From Eledone cirrhosa (taxonomy: Eukaryota), in NCBI GenBank assembly GCA_964016885.1, contig OZ024762.1, positions 6,572,001 through 6,636,000 on the forward strand: DNA of 64,000 nucleotides, read 5' to 3'. The first letter of the stretch is position 1, and every line of letters starts with the position of its first letter. This document shows positions 12,020-25,320 of the stretch, piece by piece. The position numbers and the translations under genes were made by a program. The notes under the pieces are model-generated. The model ran no database searches. It was not told where the DNA came from and saw nothing but the letters and a program-made list of their open reading frames with translations.

Positions 12020-12400
12020 TACACACATACACACTTAGACATAGACATATTCACACAAACACACATACCATTTACACACACATACACAGGTAGAAACAGA
12101 CACACACACACATGCATAGGCACATACACAGACAGCTACACACATACACATACACACACAGAGACAGCTACATCCCCACACATACAGACAGGCAGCTACA
12201 CACACAGAAACATATACATATACATTGACACACAGACAGCTACACAAATACACAGACAGACCCCCTCCCTCCACACACACTGATACACACACACAGATAC
12301 ACATACACACAGATACACACACAGATACACACACACAGATACACATACACACACAGATACACACACACACACAGATAAACACACACACAGATACAGACAC
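12020..12400. repeat. (CA)n-rich compound microsatellite
   Basis: direct inspection. Confidence 0.9.
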
Positions 12401-12489
12401 ACATTCTTCAAGATAATTAAGATTAACAAATGAAACATTTAATAATTAAAAGAAAACATGTTGTAATTAGAGGGAGGAGTGTATGGATG

Positions 12490-12815
12490 GATGTGTGTGT
12501 ATGTGTGTATCTAGGTGTGTGTATGTGTGTGTGTGAGTATCTAGGTGTCTGTATGTATGTATGTGTGTGTATGTATCTAGGTGTGTGTGTGTATGTGAGT
12601 ATCTAGGTGTGTGTGTATGTGAGTATCTAGGTGTGTATGTGTGTGTCTAGGTGTGTGTGTATGTGAGTATCTAGGTGTGTGTGTGTGTGAGTATCTAGGT
12701 GTGTATGTGTGTGTATGTGAGTATCTAGGTGTGTATGTATGTGCATGTGAGTATCTAGGTGTGTATGTATGTGCATGTGAGTATCTAGGTGTGTATGTAT
12801 GTGTGTGTGTGTATG
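12490..12815. repeat. About 26-30 bp repeat gagtatctaggtgt(gt)n
   Basis: about 11 recurrences of tctaggtgt. Confidence 0.85.
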
Positions 12816-13200
12816 CATTTTTTAACGTTTGTGTGTATGTGTTTTTAGATTTGTGTGTGTATATATGTGTGTATATGTGTGTGTGTGTCTAAGTTTGCGT
12901 GTCTGTATGTCTGATGGACAAACTGTTCTCTGGGAGTGTGAAGAGTGAGACTAGAAAAGAGGAGTAAATACAGAGAAAAAGAGAGGAGTAGTGAGAGTGA
13001 TGAGAGAGAGAGAGAAGTAACCCCTTCATTACCATATTTCCAAGTGAAGAGAGGGGTAGTGAGAGTGAGGATTATGAAAGATGAAGAGAGAGAGCGAGAG
13101 AGAGGTAACCTCTTCATTACCATATTTCCAAGGAAAGGCTGCCTATGTTTTGCTAATAATTTTGGAAATAATCCAGAATTTTGAGGGATTTAGTGATACA

Positions 13201-13230
13201 CTAGCAGAATGGCCCGGCGTTGCTCGGGAT
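13201..13230 (-). mobile_element. Helitron 3' terminus (truncated element)
   Basis: minus strand cccgagcaacgccggg-ccattctg-CTAG-T. Confidence 0.65.
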
Positions 13231-13326
13231 TTGCTCTAGGGTTCTTATATATTTGATATATATTTATCCTTATCGAGCCTCGTGAAATAAATACGTTTGT
13301 TTATATTTTGTTAATATGAACACTAA

Positions 13327-14446
13327 AACCTTTTATTACCATATTTCTAATGAAAGACACTGTCTATGATTTTCAATTAATTTTGAAAATAATCCAGAAT
13401 TTGGAGAGATTTAGTGATATATCTTTCTCATTATTAAGCTGGTGTGGTGTAAATTTCTGCTTTCATCCCTTTTCGGGATTGTAAAACTTTTAACCTGTAC
13501 TTAATAATAAATATTTGCAGTATAGATTTATATATATTATTGCATATACATTCATCCTTACGGGGTCGATAAAATAAAGTACCAGTAATGCACTGGGTAA
13601 TTGCTGGCCTTGTGCCTAACGTAGAAACAATTATTGTATATACATTAAATATATTATTGCATATACACTAAATATACATAAAATATATATATATTACTTT
13701 TATCAACACCTTTCTGCATTTACTTTGTATTTACTACGCAGAGAACCGAAATAAATACCTGAAAGAATTCTCTGTAAGGTTCTAATGACCCTGCCAATTT
13801 GCTGCCTTAAACAACTTTATATTGTAGAACACAAGCAGATTTCAAGAGGTTTGGTACCAAAACAAAGTACCAGTAATGCATTGAGGTCGATTTAATTGAC
13901 TTCCCCCCCTCAAAAAAAATTGTTGGCCTTATGCCTAAATCATAAGCCGTTATTTAACTTGTGTTTGGAACATAACCTAATAAAGGTTCTTACATAAAAT
14001 TATGATGGAAGTTTATTTTAGATAAATATAAACAACTTTGTTTTTGTAGAACAAGGGCAGGTTTCAGGCACTTTGGTATCAATGAGGTGGGGATACCTAA
14101 AGTGTTTCTGTAATCTACCCCCATGTGTCCTAGAGGGCAGAAACTCCCTGATACATCACTGCAGCTTACTGGCTAAAAACAAAAAGAGTGAGTGTCACAA
14201 TGGATAATATAGTCCTTGATACACTATGTCAAAAAAGAGGGTGGGATGTTCCCAGCTGGAAAACCTTTGATCATAGGTCTGTTTGATCAGAGCTGTCCTG
14301 GGGCTAAACAACAATAAAGTAGGACATAAGATATATTATGATGGAAGTTTATTTTAGGTAAAGACAAACACTTTAGAATAAACAGCTTTGTGTTGTAGAA
14401 TCTGGGGTGGAGTGCTTTCAGATAGTTTGCTATTAAAAGGGTTAAA
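13327..14446. mobile_element. Fragments of a non-autonomous element with TTAA-CCCTTT/AAAGGG-TTAA ends (piggyBac-like MITE), interrupted by SINE B pieces
   Basis: left part aaccttttattaccatatttctaatgaaagacac, internal ggtgtttggaacataa...aaggttcttacataaaattatgatggaag, right end aaaagggttaa; homologous pieces at about 30018-30550, 45390-45590 and 46630-46775. Confidence 0.5.
13551..13636 (+). mobile_element. SINE family B 3' fragment
   Basis: ttcatccttacggggtcgataaaataaagtaccagtaatgcactgggtaattgctggccttgtgcc. Confidence 0.75.
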
Positions 14447-14789
14447 TTAACCAATTTGAAAATTTGGATATGATTTTAAATCAAGTCTTCTAACTCATTA
14501 TTCTCAAACAATTAATTCCTGATTGGGCTGGAAATGTTTAACAAAGCTAAATATAGAGTTTGATAAAGTGGAGAGAGGGGGAGGAGAGTGAGTGAGAGAG
14601 AGAGAGAGAGAATTCCTTTGTTAATTAAAAACTACAGAAATAGCGAGAAAAACAAAACTACCACCTGCTGCTTACCTTTGTCTCTTCTCAGTTAATGTGT
14701 CTACCTCACCTAACACCTGGATTTAGATTTCATTTATGCCAATCATTGTCCACCGCTTGATTCATCATCCATACATATTGATAGAATTA

Positions 14790-14814
14790 TGTATACATAT
14801 ATATATATATACAC

Positions 14815-14863
<49 letters not shown>

Positions 14864-15018
14864 CACATATATATATATATACACATATATATACATATAT
14901 ATATAAATATATATATACACATATATATATATACACATATATATATATATACACATATATATACATATATATATAAATATATATATACACATATATATAT
15001 ATATACACATATATATAC

Positions 15019-15049
<31 letters not shown>

Positions 15050-15170
15050 GATACACACATATAATGTATATATATATATATATATATGTATATAATGTAC
15101 ATGTAATGTATATATATATATATACATACAATGTATATATATACACATGTAATGTATATATATATATACA

Positions 15171-15213
<43 letters not shown>

Positions 15214-15292
15214 TATATACATATATATATACATATATATATATACATATATATATATACATATATATATATACATATACATATACATATAC

Positions 15293-15339
<47 letters not shown>

Positions 15340-15340
15340 C

Positions 15341-15409
<69 letters not shown>

Positions 15410-15528
15410 CATATATATATACATATATATATACATATATATATACATATATATATACATATATATATACATATATATATACATATATATATACATATAT
15501 ATATACATATATATATACATATATATAT

Positions 15529-15601
<73 letters not shown>

Positions 15602-15608
15602 TATATAT
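14790..15608. repeat. About 0.8-kb (TA)n/(TATACA) microsatellite
   Basis: direct inspection. Confidence 0.95.
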
Positions 15609-15695
15609 GGCTTGTGCGGCCATGTGTGAGAACCCCCCCCCCCCCCCCCCCCGACCGTCATCAAGCAATTGCATAACAGGAACCAGAACAGGAAT

Positions 15696-16400
15696 ATGAA
15701 GGCGTCGCATCTCAGAGTTGCCACACTTAATGTTGGCACTCTCAGAGGTAGATCTTGGTGAGAAGGCATGTGGATGTGTGCTGCGTGCAAGAGGTGAGAG
15801 GGAGAGCTGCCTCTGCAAGACTAATCGCAGGAAAACATCGTAGTTATAAGCTTTTCTGGGTGGGTAATGATGATGGGTTAGGTGGGGTGGGCATATTACT
15901 GGCTGAGAGATGGATCAATAAGACAATAGAGGTAGTTAGAGTTAGTAATAGAATAATTAAGCTTAGATTAGTTGTAGGCAAGAGACTGCTGACCATCATC
16001 TCTGCCTATGCTCCCCAGGCAGGCCTAGGCAAAGATGAGAAAGACTGCTTTTATGAGCAACTTTTACAAACAGCCACAATGTCAGAGGAGAAAGACATCG
16101 TTATGCTAGCAGGGGACTTCAATGGTCATGTTGGACAGCTCCAAGATGGATACACTGGGGTACATGGTGAGCACGGTTACGGCTCAAGAAATGAAGGAGT
16201 GAGGCTTCTTGAATTTTGTGATGCAAGTGTACTAACCATTTGCAACACTAACTTCAAGAAGCCTACCAACCACCTAATAACCTACAAATCAGGCGAGCAC
16301 ATAAGACAGATTGACTTCTTGCTATTTAGGCAGCGAGACAGGCAGATGGTGTCAAATACTAAGGCATACCTCGGGGAAGAATGTATCCTACAGCATACAT
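15696..16400 (+). pseudogene. RTE-clade LINE AP-endonuclease domain relic
   Basis: [20 protein letters not shown] (frameshift) [10 protein letters not shown]...GVGILL...SAYAPQ...GDFNGHVG...LLEFC...NTNFKK...QIDFLL. Confidence 0.9.
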
Positions 16401-16401
16401 T

Positions 16402-16654
16402 CTTCCTAACACCAACCTCATTTACAGTGAGTGCTGGGTGCTTTTTTTTTTTGCCGTGGCACCTCCATGACCACTTTGCAGTGGAATGATAGGGACCCCA
16501 GTCCCTATCATCTCATTTCTACAGCTGAGTAAACTGGAGCAATGTGAAATAAAGTGTCTTGCTCAAGGAAACAACACATCACCCGGTCCGAGAATTGAAC
16601 TCACAACCTCTCGATTGCAAGCCCAATGCTCTAACCACTAAGCCATGTGCCTCC
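16402..16654 (-). mobile_element. SINE family A, 3'-truncated
   Basis: matches family A from cttcctaacaccaacc to ccatgtgcctcc. Confidence 0.85.
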
Positions 16655-17142
16655 ATACATACATACATACTCATATATATATCATACTATGTGTGTGTGT
16701 ATATATATATATATATAGTATTATATAATACACAAAACCCAAAACATCAAACTACATCACTACCATTACACCACATTATACTACCACCACTACACCACAT
16801 TAAACTACCACTACTACTACCACTACTTCTATTCTCATCAGGTACTTCAGTGGCTGGTGAGTGATTACCACTAGACAATGATGAATACAAAGTTAGCTAA
16901 CCACTCCCTCCTCCCCTCCACTGCACCAGACATCCCACCTTACTCCACCCCTCACCCAGACAACAGACAGATTAGGAGAGAAGAAAGGTCAAAATACTTC
17001 CTCTCAAGTCCAACACTTGTTATTACAGTCAATACACACACACACATATATATATACATATATATATATCACATATATATTACATACATATATATATCAT
17101 ATATATATTATATATACATACATATATCACACACACACACAC

Positions 17143-17189
<47 letters not shown>

Positions 17190-17356
17190 CTGAAGGTTCT
17201 AGAACCACCACCACCAAAAACACAATTATCATTACTGCTATCATCATCATCATCACCACTACAATGAAATGTGAGAATATTGAAATTAACAGCTTGACTT
17301 ATTTTTGCTTTACTTAATAGTTTTGTGGCCTGTAAATATGATCAGCTTCTTTTAAA

Positions 17357-17411
17357 TTGCATCTGAAAGAACTGGATTTATTTATGATCATGAAACTATT
17401 TTGTAATGCAA
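17357..17411 (+). ncRNA. Degenerate hammerhead-like motif
   Basis: ttgcat-CTGAAAGA...GAAA-ctattttg-TA-atgcaa: perfect 6-bp stem I, but the core has an extra base and stem II is weak. Confidence 0.4.
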
Positions 17412-17425
17412 AATATGTCCCACTG

Positions 17426-17489
<64 letters not shown>

Positions 17490-17736
17490 AGAGTATTGAA
17501 GTTTGCTTGAAGCATTGTGGAACAATAAGTAAATATCTATAAGTCGTTTGGAAGCCTCGACAATGCAAATGGGTAAATCTCCGGGTAACAAGGTCCGGTG
17601 GTGGAGAGAGAGATGTAAGTGGGTGTACGTTGAGATGCGTGGTGTGTATAAGATGTGTGAGATGTGTAGAATGAAGGGAAGAGTAAAAGGATAAAAATAA
17701 TAATAACAACACAAGAGAGAGTTACCTTGGGAGAGA

Positions 17737-17773
<37 letters not shown>

Positions 17774-17808
17774 AAAATTTCGCTCTACATGGCTGAATAC
17801 AATAAATG

Positions 17809-18188
17809 TAATCTGAGTTTTTCGAATATTAATAATAACATTCGATTCGTTTGCAATTATGCAAACAATCCTCAATTTTATAGCCATATCAGTAGAATGA
17901 ACACTTCATTCTTGCTCTTATGTTGGCATGCGAACAGAACTGCAGACACTAATGTTTCTGGGTATCACCCTTCATCAGTACAGCTCGCTGTTCACCTGCC
18001 AAACTGTCAGAGCTAGTGAAAATATATGCTATTTTCAAAAATACACAGTTACTGCAGTTCTGTTCGCATGCCAACATAAGAGCAAGAATGAAGTGTTCAT
18101 TCTACTGACATGGCTATAAAATTGAGGCTTGTTTGTATAATTGCAAACGAATCGAATGTTATTATTAATATTCGAAAAACTCAGATTA
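17809..18188. repeat. 137-bp inverted repeat with 106-bp spacer (foldback/MITE-like)
   Basis: arms 17809-17945 and 18052-18188 are reverse complements with 3 mismatches by eye. Confidence 0.9.
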
Positions 18189-18228
18189 TATGCTAGCGTG
18201 GAAGATGGACATTTAATGAAAATGATGA

Positions 18229-18266
<38 letters not shown>

Positions 18267-18270
<4 letters not shown>

Positions 18271-18614
18271 TCATTTTCATCATCATTTCATTTTACGTCC
18301 GCTTTTTCCCTGCTTGCAAGGGTGGGACGGGAACTGATGCTGGCTTGATTTCTACAGCTGGATGCCCTTCCTAACACCAACCTCATTTACAGTGAGTGCT
18401 GGGTGCTTTTTTGCTGTGTCTCCTCCACGACCACTTTACAGTGGAATGATATGGATCCCAGTCCCTATCATCTCATTTCTACAGCTGAGTAAACTGGAGC
18501 AATGTGAAATAAAGTGTCTTGCTCAAGGAAACAACACATTACCCAGTCTGAGAATTGAACTCACAACCTTTCGATTGCAAGGCCAATGCTCTAACCACTA
18601 AGCCATGTGCCTCC
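18267..18614 (-). mobile_element. SINE family A, full length
   Basis: (CAT)n tail complement through ccatgtgcctcc head; flanked by (TA)n on both sides. Confidence 0.9.
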
Positions 18615-18639
18615 ATATATATATATATATATATATGAA

Positions 18640-18900
18640 ATTATAAGTTTGAAGAATAGTCAGACAAAATTTATCCAATTTTTTCTTCTTACTCCGTAGA
18701 AATCAACCAGATAAATAATCAATTAAACGGAGCTAAGTTTAAAATGTAACTTTGAAGAAATAACAGATAAATGTTATTGATATTACTCTATCAGGAACAG
18801 TCAGATAAAATTTACCTAGTCTTTCCTCTTAGTCCGTAGAAATTAACTAGACAAATAATCAATTAAACGGAGCTAAGTCTAAAATGTAAGTTTGAAGAAA
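18640..18900 (+). repeat. About 141-bp unit, two tandem copies; inverted copy at about 21528-21715
   Basis: gtcaga(c/t)aaaattta...ccgtagaaat...aaacggagctaagt...tttgaagaaa repeated. Confidence 0.8.
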
Positions 18901-18917
18901 AAATAGATATATATGAT

Positions 18918-19205
18918 CTAACCATCAACAGCACAAACTTCAGGAAACCAGCCAACAACCTGATCTAATATCAATCAGGTGAATACACAAGCCAAATTGA
19001 TTACTTACTTGATAGACAAGACAATCAGACTTTAATAAAGATTATGGCCTTCCCTGAGGAAGAATGCACTGCCCAGCACAAGTCTGTTATTAATGACATC
19101 AAAATAAACAAAAGACAGAACAAGACACATAGGAAAATATGGAGACGAAGGGTATGGAAACTAAAGGACACCTCTGATAAATATAGGTTTAGAAAGGCCT
19201 TAGAA
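18918..19205 (+). pseudogene. RTE-clade endonuclease C-terminal relic
   Basis: TNFRKPANNLI*YQSGEYTSQIDYLL...EECTAQHKSV...RRRVWKLKD. Confidence 0.75.
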
Positions 19206-19675
19206 ACACACAAGATCATTAAAAGTAAAAGGCAACCCAAATCACTCAAATATATTCTCACTGGAACAAATATACACAAACCAATCTCCAGCCCTACGGT
19301 AACAAATTGTGGTACATGCCTATATATAATTGAAGGATAAAAATTCACATTCAAAACATTCAAAGATGGCCAAACTTTTACAGTGAAAAACAACTTCACT
19401 TGTAACCACATGTAGTGGATGTAGACATAACTACATAGAACAGACGTGTATTTCATTACGCAAAAAAAAAATTGACCGTCCATTGCCAACAAATCCGAGA
19501 CGTAAATACTAGAAAAATCCCCTTAAGTAGCCACATCGCAGATTGTGCAGGAATGACCTTACCCAACTTTAAAATCTCCCCCCTTTATAAGTGCTCAGAT
19601 TCTTTCACTCAACAACAAAAAATAAATAAATAAAAACTATTTCTTAACAGTAATAAACAAAAATTAAATATGTAA
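19206..19675 (+). pseudogene. Penelope-like element linker and GIY-YIG endonuclease relic
   Basis: IIKSKRQPKSLKYILT...CGTCLYI...FTVKNNFTC, then QIRDVNTRKIPLSSHIADCAG...FKISPLYK...KLN; typical of the PLE linker and GIY-YIG C-terminal half, with the GIY-YIG motif itself deleted. Confidence 0.65.
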
Positions 19676-20390
19676 TCAGCTCCATTAGATTATTCATAAG
19701 GACCTATTGATTAAGCACATACACAGATCGATACTTTTGCCCACATACACGTGTGTGTGTGTGAGTATATATATATACTCACACACACACACACACCACT
19801 ACAAAAACAAACACACACATATATATACACAATATACCTAAAAACTCCCATTTTTCTTTCTTTCCCTCCCAAATATTTCTCTAAGTTTTGATCCCATCAG
19901 ACTTACAATAAGACACACACACACATATATATATTTATATATATATATATATATTGGAATCGATCATATACACACTCACATACACACACTCTTACTCTCT
20001 ACAACCATATTCCTAAAATAAAATTTCTTTTACAATTCTATACTTTTGATAATCCCATTTATCTCTCTTCTCCCATATAGAATTTGTCTCTAGCTTACAT
20101 TTCGCCTCTTTGCCACCCCCATCTGGACTCTTGACCAGTCCTTTAACACAATTGAGATATATACACACATATATACAGAAAAATATCCTCTCCCTAAAAA
20201 TAATTTTGCTCTGTGAAAAGACACAACTCCCACCACTACTAATACTACTACTACTACTACGACTACCTATCTCTCACTCTATATATATGGTTCCATTTTA
20301 GACCCAGTCTTCTTCTCAACAAGAACAGACCTTCTTCAACACTTAATTTAAAATTTTTCATTTTTTAAATTCTTTTTAATTGTAATATTC

Positions 20391-20438
20391 AACATTTGAT
20401 AAGATAGATAACACATATACGTTGAAACCAGTTATATT
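20391..20438 (+). ncRNA. Decayed hammerhead motif downstream of the Penelope-like relic
   Basis: aacat-TTGATAA-gat...gtt-GAAA-ccag-TT-atatt; the core differs from CTGATGA...GAAACCGGT only by transitions. Confidence 0.35.
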
Positions 20439-20911
20439 ATATATATTTTATATACATTATAAAATTACTTTAAAAAAAAAAAAAAAAAAAAAAAAAATTG
20501 TTCCTCTGATTTTTTCAATAACGTCACTTTGATGAATCAAAGAAGAAAAAAAGAAAAACAGATCCTTTAAATATATTTTCCGTGTTATTTCCAATTCCAC
20601 TTTTCCTCTCTCTCTCTCTATATAAATATATTCATTAATTAAGCAAAACAAGACCACAAATTTCACAAGGAAGGCATTATTAAAAGATTGTCAACATATT
20701 TTAGTTTGATGTAAGGAATGTAGAGAATAATAATAATAATAATAATATTAATAATAATAATGTCCGTTTACAATTGTTTTGCTACTCCATATAATATTTC
20801 TGGATCAGATGACTATATATCATAATTGATCTGGTTCAGTTGAAAATAATTAACATATTATCCTCTCATATCTCCATCTCTCTCTTTAAGATTGGTTACT
20901 CTTGAACTATG

Positions 20912-21378
<467 letters not shown>

Positions 21379-22218
21379 TGGCAGCGATCACTTTAGAAAT
21401 GTTAATCCTAACTGAGGGAGTCTCTTGATAAGCTTGAAGCCTCATGGATAATGCAATGATTAGACACAAAGTACAAGCAAAACTATTGATAGTCGGGACT
21501 AGAGGACTATTGGTAACATTTATCAATTATTTCTTCAAACTTACATTTTAAACCTATCTCTGTTTAAATGATTATTTGTCTGGTTAATTTCTACGGACTA
21601 AGAGGAAAGATTAGGTAAATTTTATCTGACTCTTCCTCATAGAGTAATATCAATAACACTTATCTGTTATTTCTTCAAAGTTATATTTTAAACTTAGCTC
21701 CATTTAAATGTTTATTTAAACATATATACATATATATATGCTCACCATCCATCAGTTTGTTTACAGCTCTGCTCCCACTGACAAGGTCAAGGAATTGTAA
21801 AGCTACACATTGCAACATATAGAAAGTCAAAGTCCAAACCATCTAACTCTGCAGCAACACTTTCATGGTTTTTAAGCACTTCCAAGCTGGGTTTTATGTG
21901 ATGGCTTGCATATTTGGTTTATTCCCACCACCAATCACTTAAAACGGAAGATTCCATGTTGTAAACAGCTATAGGTTTTTATGATTTTCTTTTGTGGTAG
22001 TGGTGGGGTTATTTCTGTCTTGCTGTCTGTTATTTTACAGGATTAACACAGAACTATTAAATAAGAAAGCTATCTAGTAAACATATTTTTGACTCCAATT
22101 CAAAGCTCTAAGAATCATGTCTCTCTCTGTGTTTATATATATGTGTGTGTGTGTGAGTGTGTATATATATGTTTATATATATTTATGTGTGAATATATTC
22201 ATATATAGACACACACAC

Positions 22219-22285
<67 letters not shown>

Positions 22286-22783
22286 TAAATACATACTTAC
22301 ATAAATATATAAACATACATACATGCATATAAATACACATGTACGTACATGTATACTCACACATACATATACATACACCTAAATATATATAAACACTGTT
22401 GCATGACAGTGGAATTCTCAGGAATTCCCTAATCTTTCTAAAACACACAAAAATACAAAGAGAAACATGAAAATGAACAAAAAACCCCCATTTTTTGCTG
22501 GCAGAAAATCATCATCATCATCGTTTATATATTTGCTTTCCATGTTGGCATGGGTTGGATGGGTTGTCAATTTTTCAGACCACACAGGTCGGAGTGACCT
22601 CATCATCATCATCATCATTTAATGTCTATTTTCCATTCTAGCATGGGTTAGACGAGTTGTCTTATTGTGAGACAAGCCAGGTAAGATGACTGGATTCTGT
22701 GGGACCACGGAGTGAATGAGAAGGAAAATGAGAAAGTTGAGACCAGGAACTGAAGAGAGAAATCAGGAAACTGTGGAGAATCA

Positions 22784-22947
22784 GACACATAGAAGTGGTA
22801 CCAATGGTGGTTGGTGTACTGGGAGTAGTTAGTAGGTTAGACATGTAGAAGTGGTACCAATGGTGGTTGGTGTACTGGGAGTAGTTAGTAGGTTAGACAT
22901 GTAGAAGTGGTACCAATTGTGGTTGGTGTACTGGGAGCAGTTAGTAG
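22784..22947. repeat. 56-bp tandem repeat x3
   Basis: agaagtggtaccaa at 22791, 22847 and 22903. Confidence 0.9.
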
Positions 22948-23477
22948 AAGGTGTTAGAAAGTTGAAGAAGGAATGACCTAAAAGAACTTTGGCCATTGTC
23001 TATGGCTCACTCTATTGGTATAGTGTGAGGATAACATCTGCTAGAGTAAAAGAGTTACTGAATGATGATGGTGGTGGTGGTGATGATGGTTGTGGTCGTG
23101 ATGATGATGATGATGATAATGATGATAATGATGATGGTGATGATGTGGAGAAGAAAAAGAAGCAGCAGCAGCAGCTTTACTTCATTTTTCATATTGCTTT
23201 TCTGAAAGAAATCAGCAGACATTTTTAAAATAGCTATTGTTTTAGTGACAATATTTGGTTAGTAGTGAACATTTGATTGGCTGTTTGTTCTTCACTGTTC
23301 TTTATACCTTTTAACCTTTTTATAGATTTAGCTGGTTTTTACAGACAAATCTATGCCAAGTAAAATCACTTACTAATTCAACTGCAATAACTAACAAAAG
23401 CTTCTTGCTTCAGTCCATTTAGATAGCTTTTCACATGAACACAAACAAAGGAAATAAAATCATTAGCAGCAGCACTG

Positions 23478-23640
23478 TTTAACGTCCATTTTCCCCACTA
23501 GTATGGGCTAGACATACCGTTGTGAGACAAATCAGATCAGATGACCGTATCTTGTTCAAACAGAACTATTTCTGGTTTAGTTTCTACAGCTGAACGCTCT
23601 TCCTAATGCCAACCACATTTACATCATGACTCCTACATTA
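23478..23640 (-). mobile_element. Degenerate SINE (family C-like) 3' part
   Basis: tttaacgtccattttcc...tttctacagctgaacgctcttcctaatgccaaccacatttac. Confidence 0.6.
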
Positions 23641-23642
23641 CC

Positions 23643-23969
23643 ACTTTACAGTGTGGACTGGATACTTTTTATTGTGGCACCAAAGTGACTACTTTACAGT
23701 GTGGACTGGATACTTTTTATTGTGGCACCAAAGTGACTACTTTACAGAGTGGACTGGGTGCTTTTTATTGTGGCACCAAAGTGACTACTTTACAGTGTGG
23801 ACTGGGTGCTTTTTATTGTGGCACCAAAGTGACTACTTTACAGAGTGGACTGGGTGCTTTTTATTGTGGCACCAAAGTGACTACTTTACAGTGTGGACTG
23901 GGTGCTTTTTATTGTGGCACCAAAGTGACTACTTTACAGTGTGAACTGGGTGCTTTTTATTGTGACACC
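23643..23969. repeat. 48-bp minisatellite, about 7 copies, derived from SINE body
   Basis: unit actttacagtgtggactgggtgctttttattgtggcaccaaagtgact resembles the SINE segment atttacagtgagtgctgggtgcttttttgccgtggcacc. Confidence 0.9.
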
Positions 23970-24357
23970 TAGACAATACTAGACTATAAAGTTCTCACTC
24001 TAGAAGGCTGGAGACAGAGGGTTTATGGGTAAATCTGCCTACGGTCTCATGAAACAGCTCTCAGTCTTTGGGATGAAAATGTTGAAAACTTTAAAGGAGC
24101 AGAAGGGAGGTGTTCCAGCTTGATCTGGTCAGGGATGAACATAAACGACCTCCATACTGTTTGAGGGCAATATGCTTTTATTGTAAAGTGCACTAAGGGG
24201 ATTAATGTGTAAAGCCGCATGGTCTCATGGTTAGGATGTTATCATAGTTCTCAGGAAGATTCAGAGTGACACACACTGTGTGACAAGGCTGGCTCTCTAA
24301 ATTACTCATTTTTGCCAGCAGGGTTGACAGAAACAACATGAAGTAAGTACCTTGCTC

Positions 24358-25320
24358 ATTGTTGTTTTTAGCTAATTTTGAGGTGCTGATTTCAAATATA
24401 GCATCCATTTCCCCCTAACATATCAGGCTTTCATGTTTGTCTTTCACTCTGTTATCCCATAAACACAGGAAACATGGATATCCCTGTTCAACAAAATTTT
24501 CCTTTTTTTCTGTTAACCTAAGTTTGAGACCTGTTCTTGAGTAATTTGGGGCTGCTGAGTTTAAAAATGACAATACTTTTTTCTATCGGGTCAAGATATT
24601 TTTATCTATGGTCTGGTCCATATTGGCCCACCCATAGATACAAGAGATATCATAGCTAATAATAACACTGGTCAACACACGTATTGCTGACTTAGGTTTT
24701 GTTATTGTTTTTAACTAATTTTGAACGGCTGATTTCAAATATGGCATCCAATTTTTTCTTAACACATCAGATTTTCATTCTATGGCACATCCCTATTTTA
24801 TTATGCACTCTATGAATAATATAATTTACCTAGGATGGATTACTAAGTCCTATAGTTTGAAACCATAAGTTATAATGTCAATAGAATCTGATATGATAGA
24901 TGAAATATAAGATAACCTTTTATTCAATACATCTTGTTAATTCTCAAACAAAATAGATAAAGCACAATCGTACACTAACCAACATATTCAGGGAACAAAT
25001 TTTCGCTTACGAGAGCACTTGGTGGGTTTCATGTCTACACAGTCTCTCTGAATACTCCAACAGTAGTCTGCTATCATGTGTGTGTTCCATCTACCTTGTT
25101 ATATCTCCTCCATAACCTTGATGCAAGCGCTTGCCACCTTCATCGCTCACATCTCCAAGATTAGCAGGAAATTCATCGAGATGGCTTTTGAGGAAATGAA
25201 TCTATATGATCATGCTGCAGCCTAAAAGATGAAAGCTACCAAGCAATGTCTCCACCAAATCCTTGTAGTTTGCAGCCTTTTTGCTGCCCCCAAATCCTTC
25301 CACAACAGACACAAATTAGG
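24358..25320 (-). mobile_element. Chapaev3-like (CMC) DNA transposon relic: transposase C-terminus and subterminal repeats
   Basis: minus strand 24980-25320 gives NYKDLVETLL...IHFLKSHLDEFPANLGDVSDEGG...QGRWNTHMIADYCWSIQRD...SRKRKF; the motif taattt-ga--(t/g)gctgatttcaaatat recurs at about 24372 and 24714, with a more divergent copy at about 24542; family name is from recall, not a search. Confidence 0.65.

Noticed and set aside
14743-15818. Long ORFs (up to 343 aa) of YI/IY repeats
   Set aside because: Translations of (TA)n, which lacks stop codons; the same applies to the ORFs at 47.4-49.3, 50.3-50.7, 56.3-57.2 and 59.4-60.2 kb.
15755-16489. 244-aa ORF as a host gene (often auto-annotated craniofacial development protein 2-like)
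   Set aside because: It is an RTE AP-endonuclease relic, frameshifted at its start and running into a SINE.
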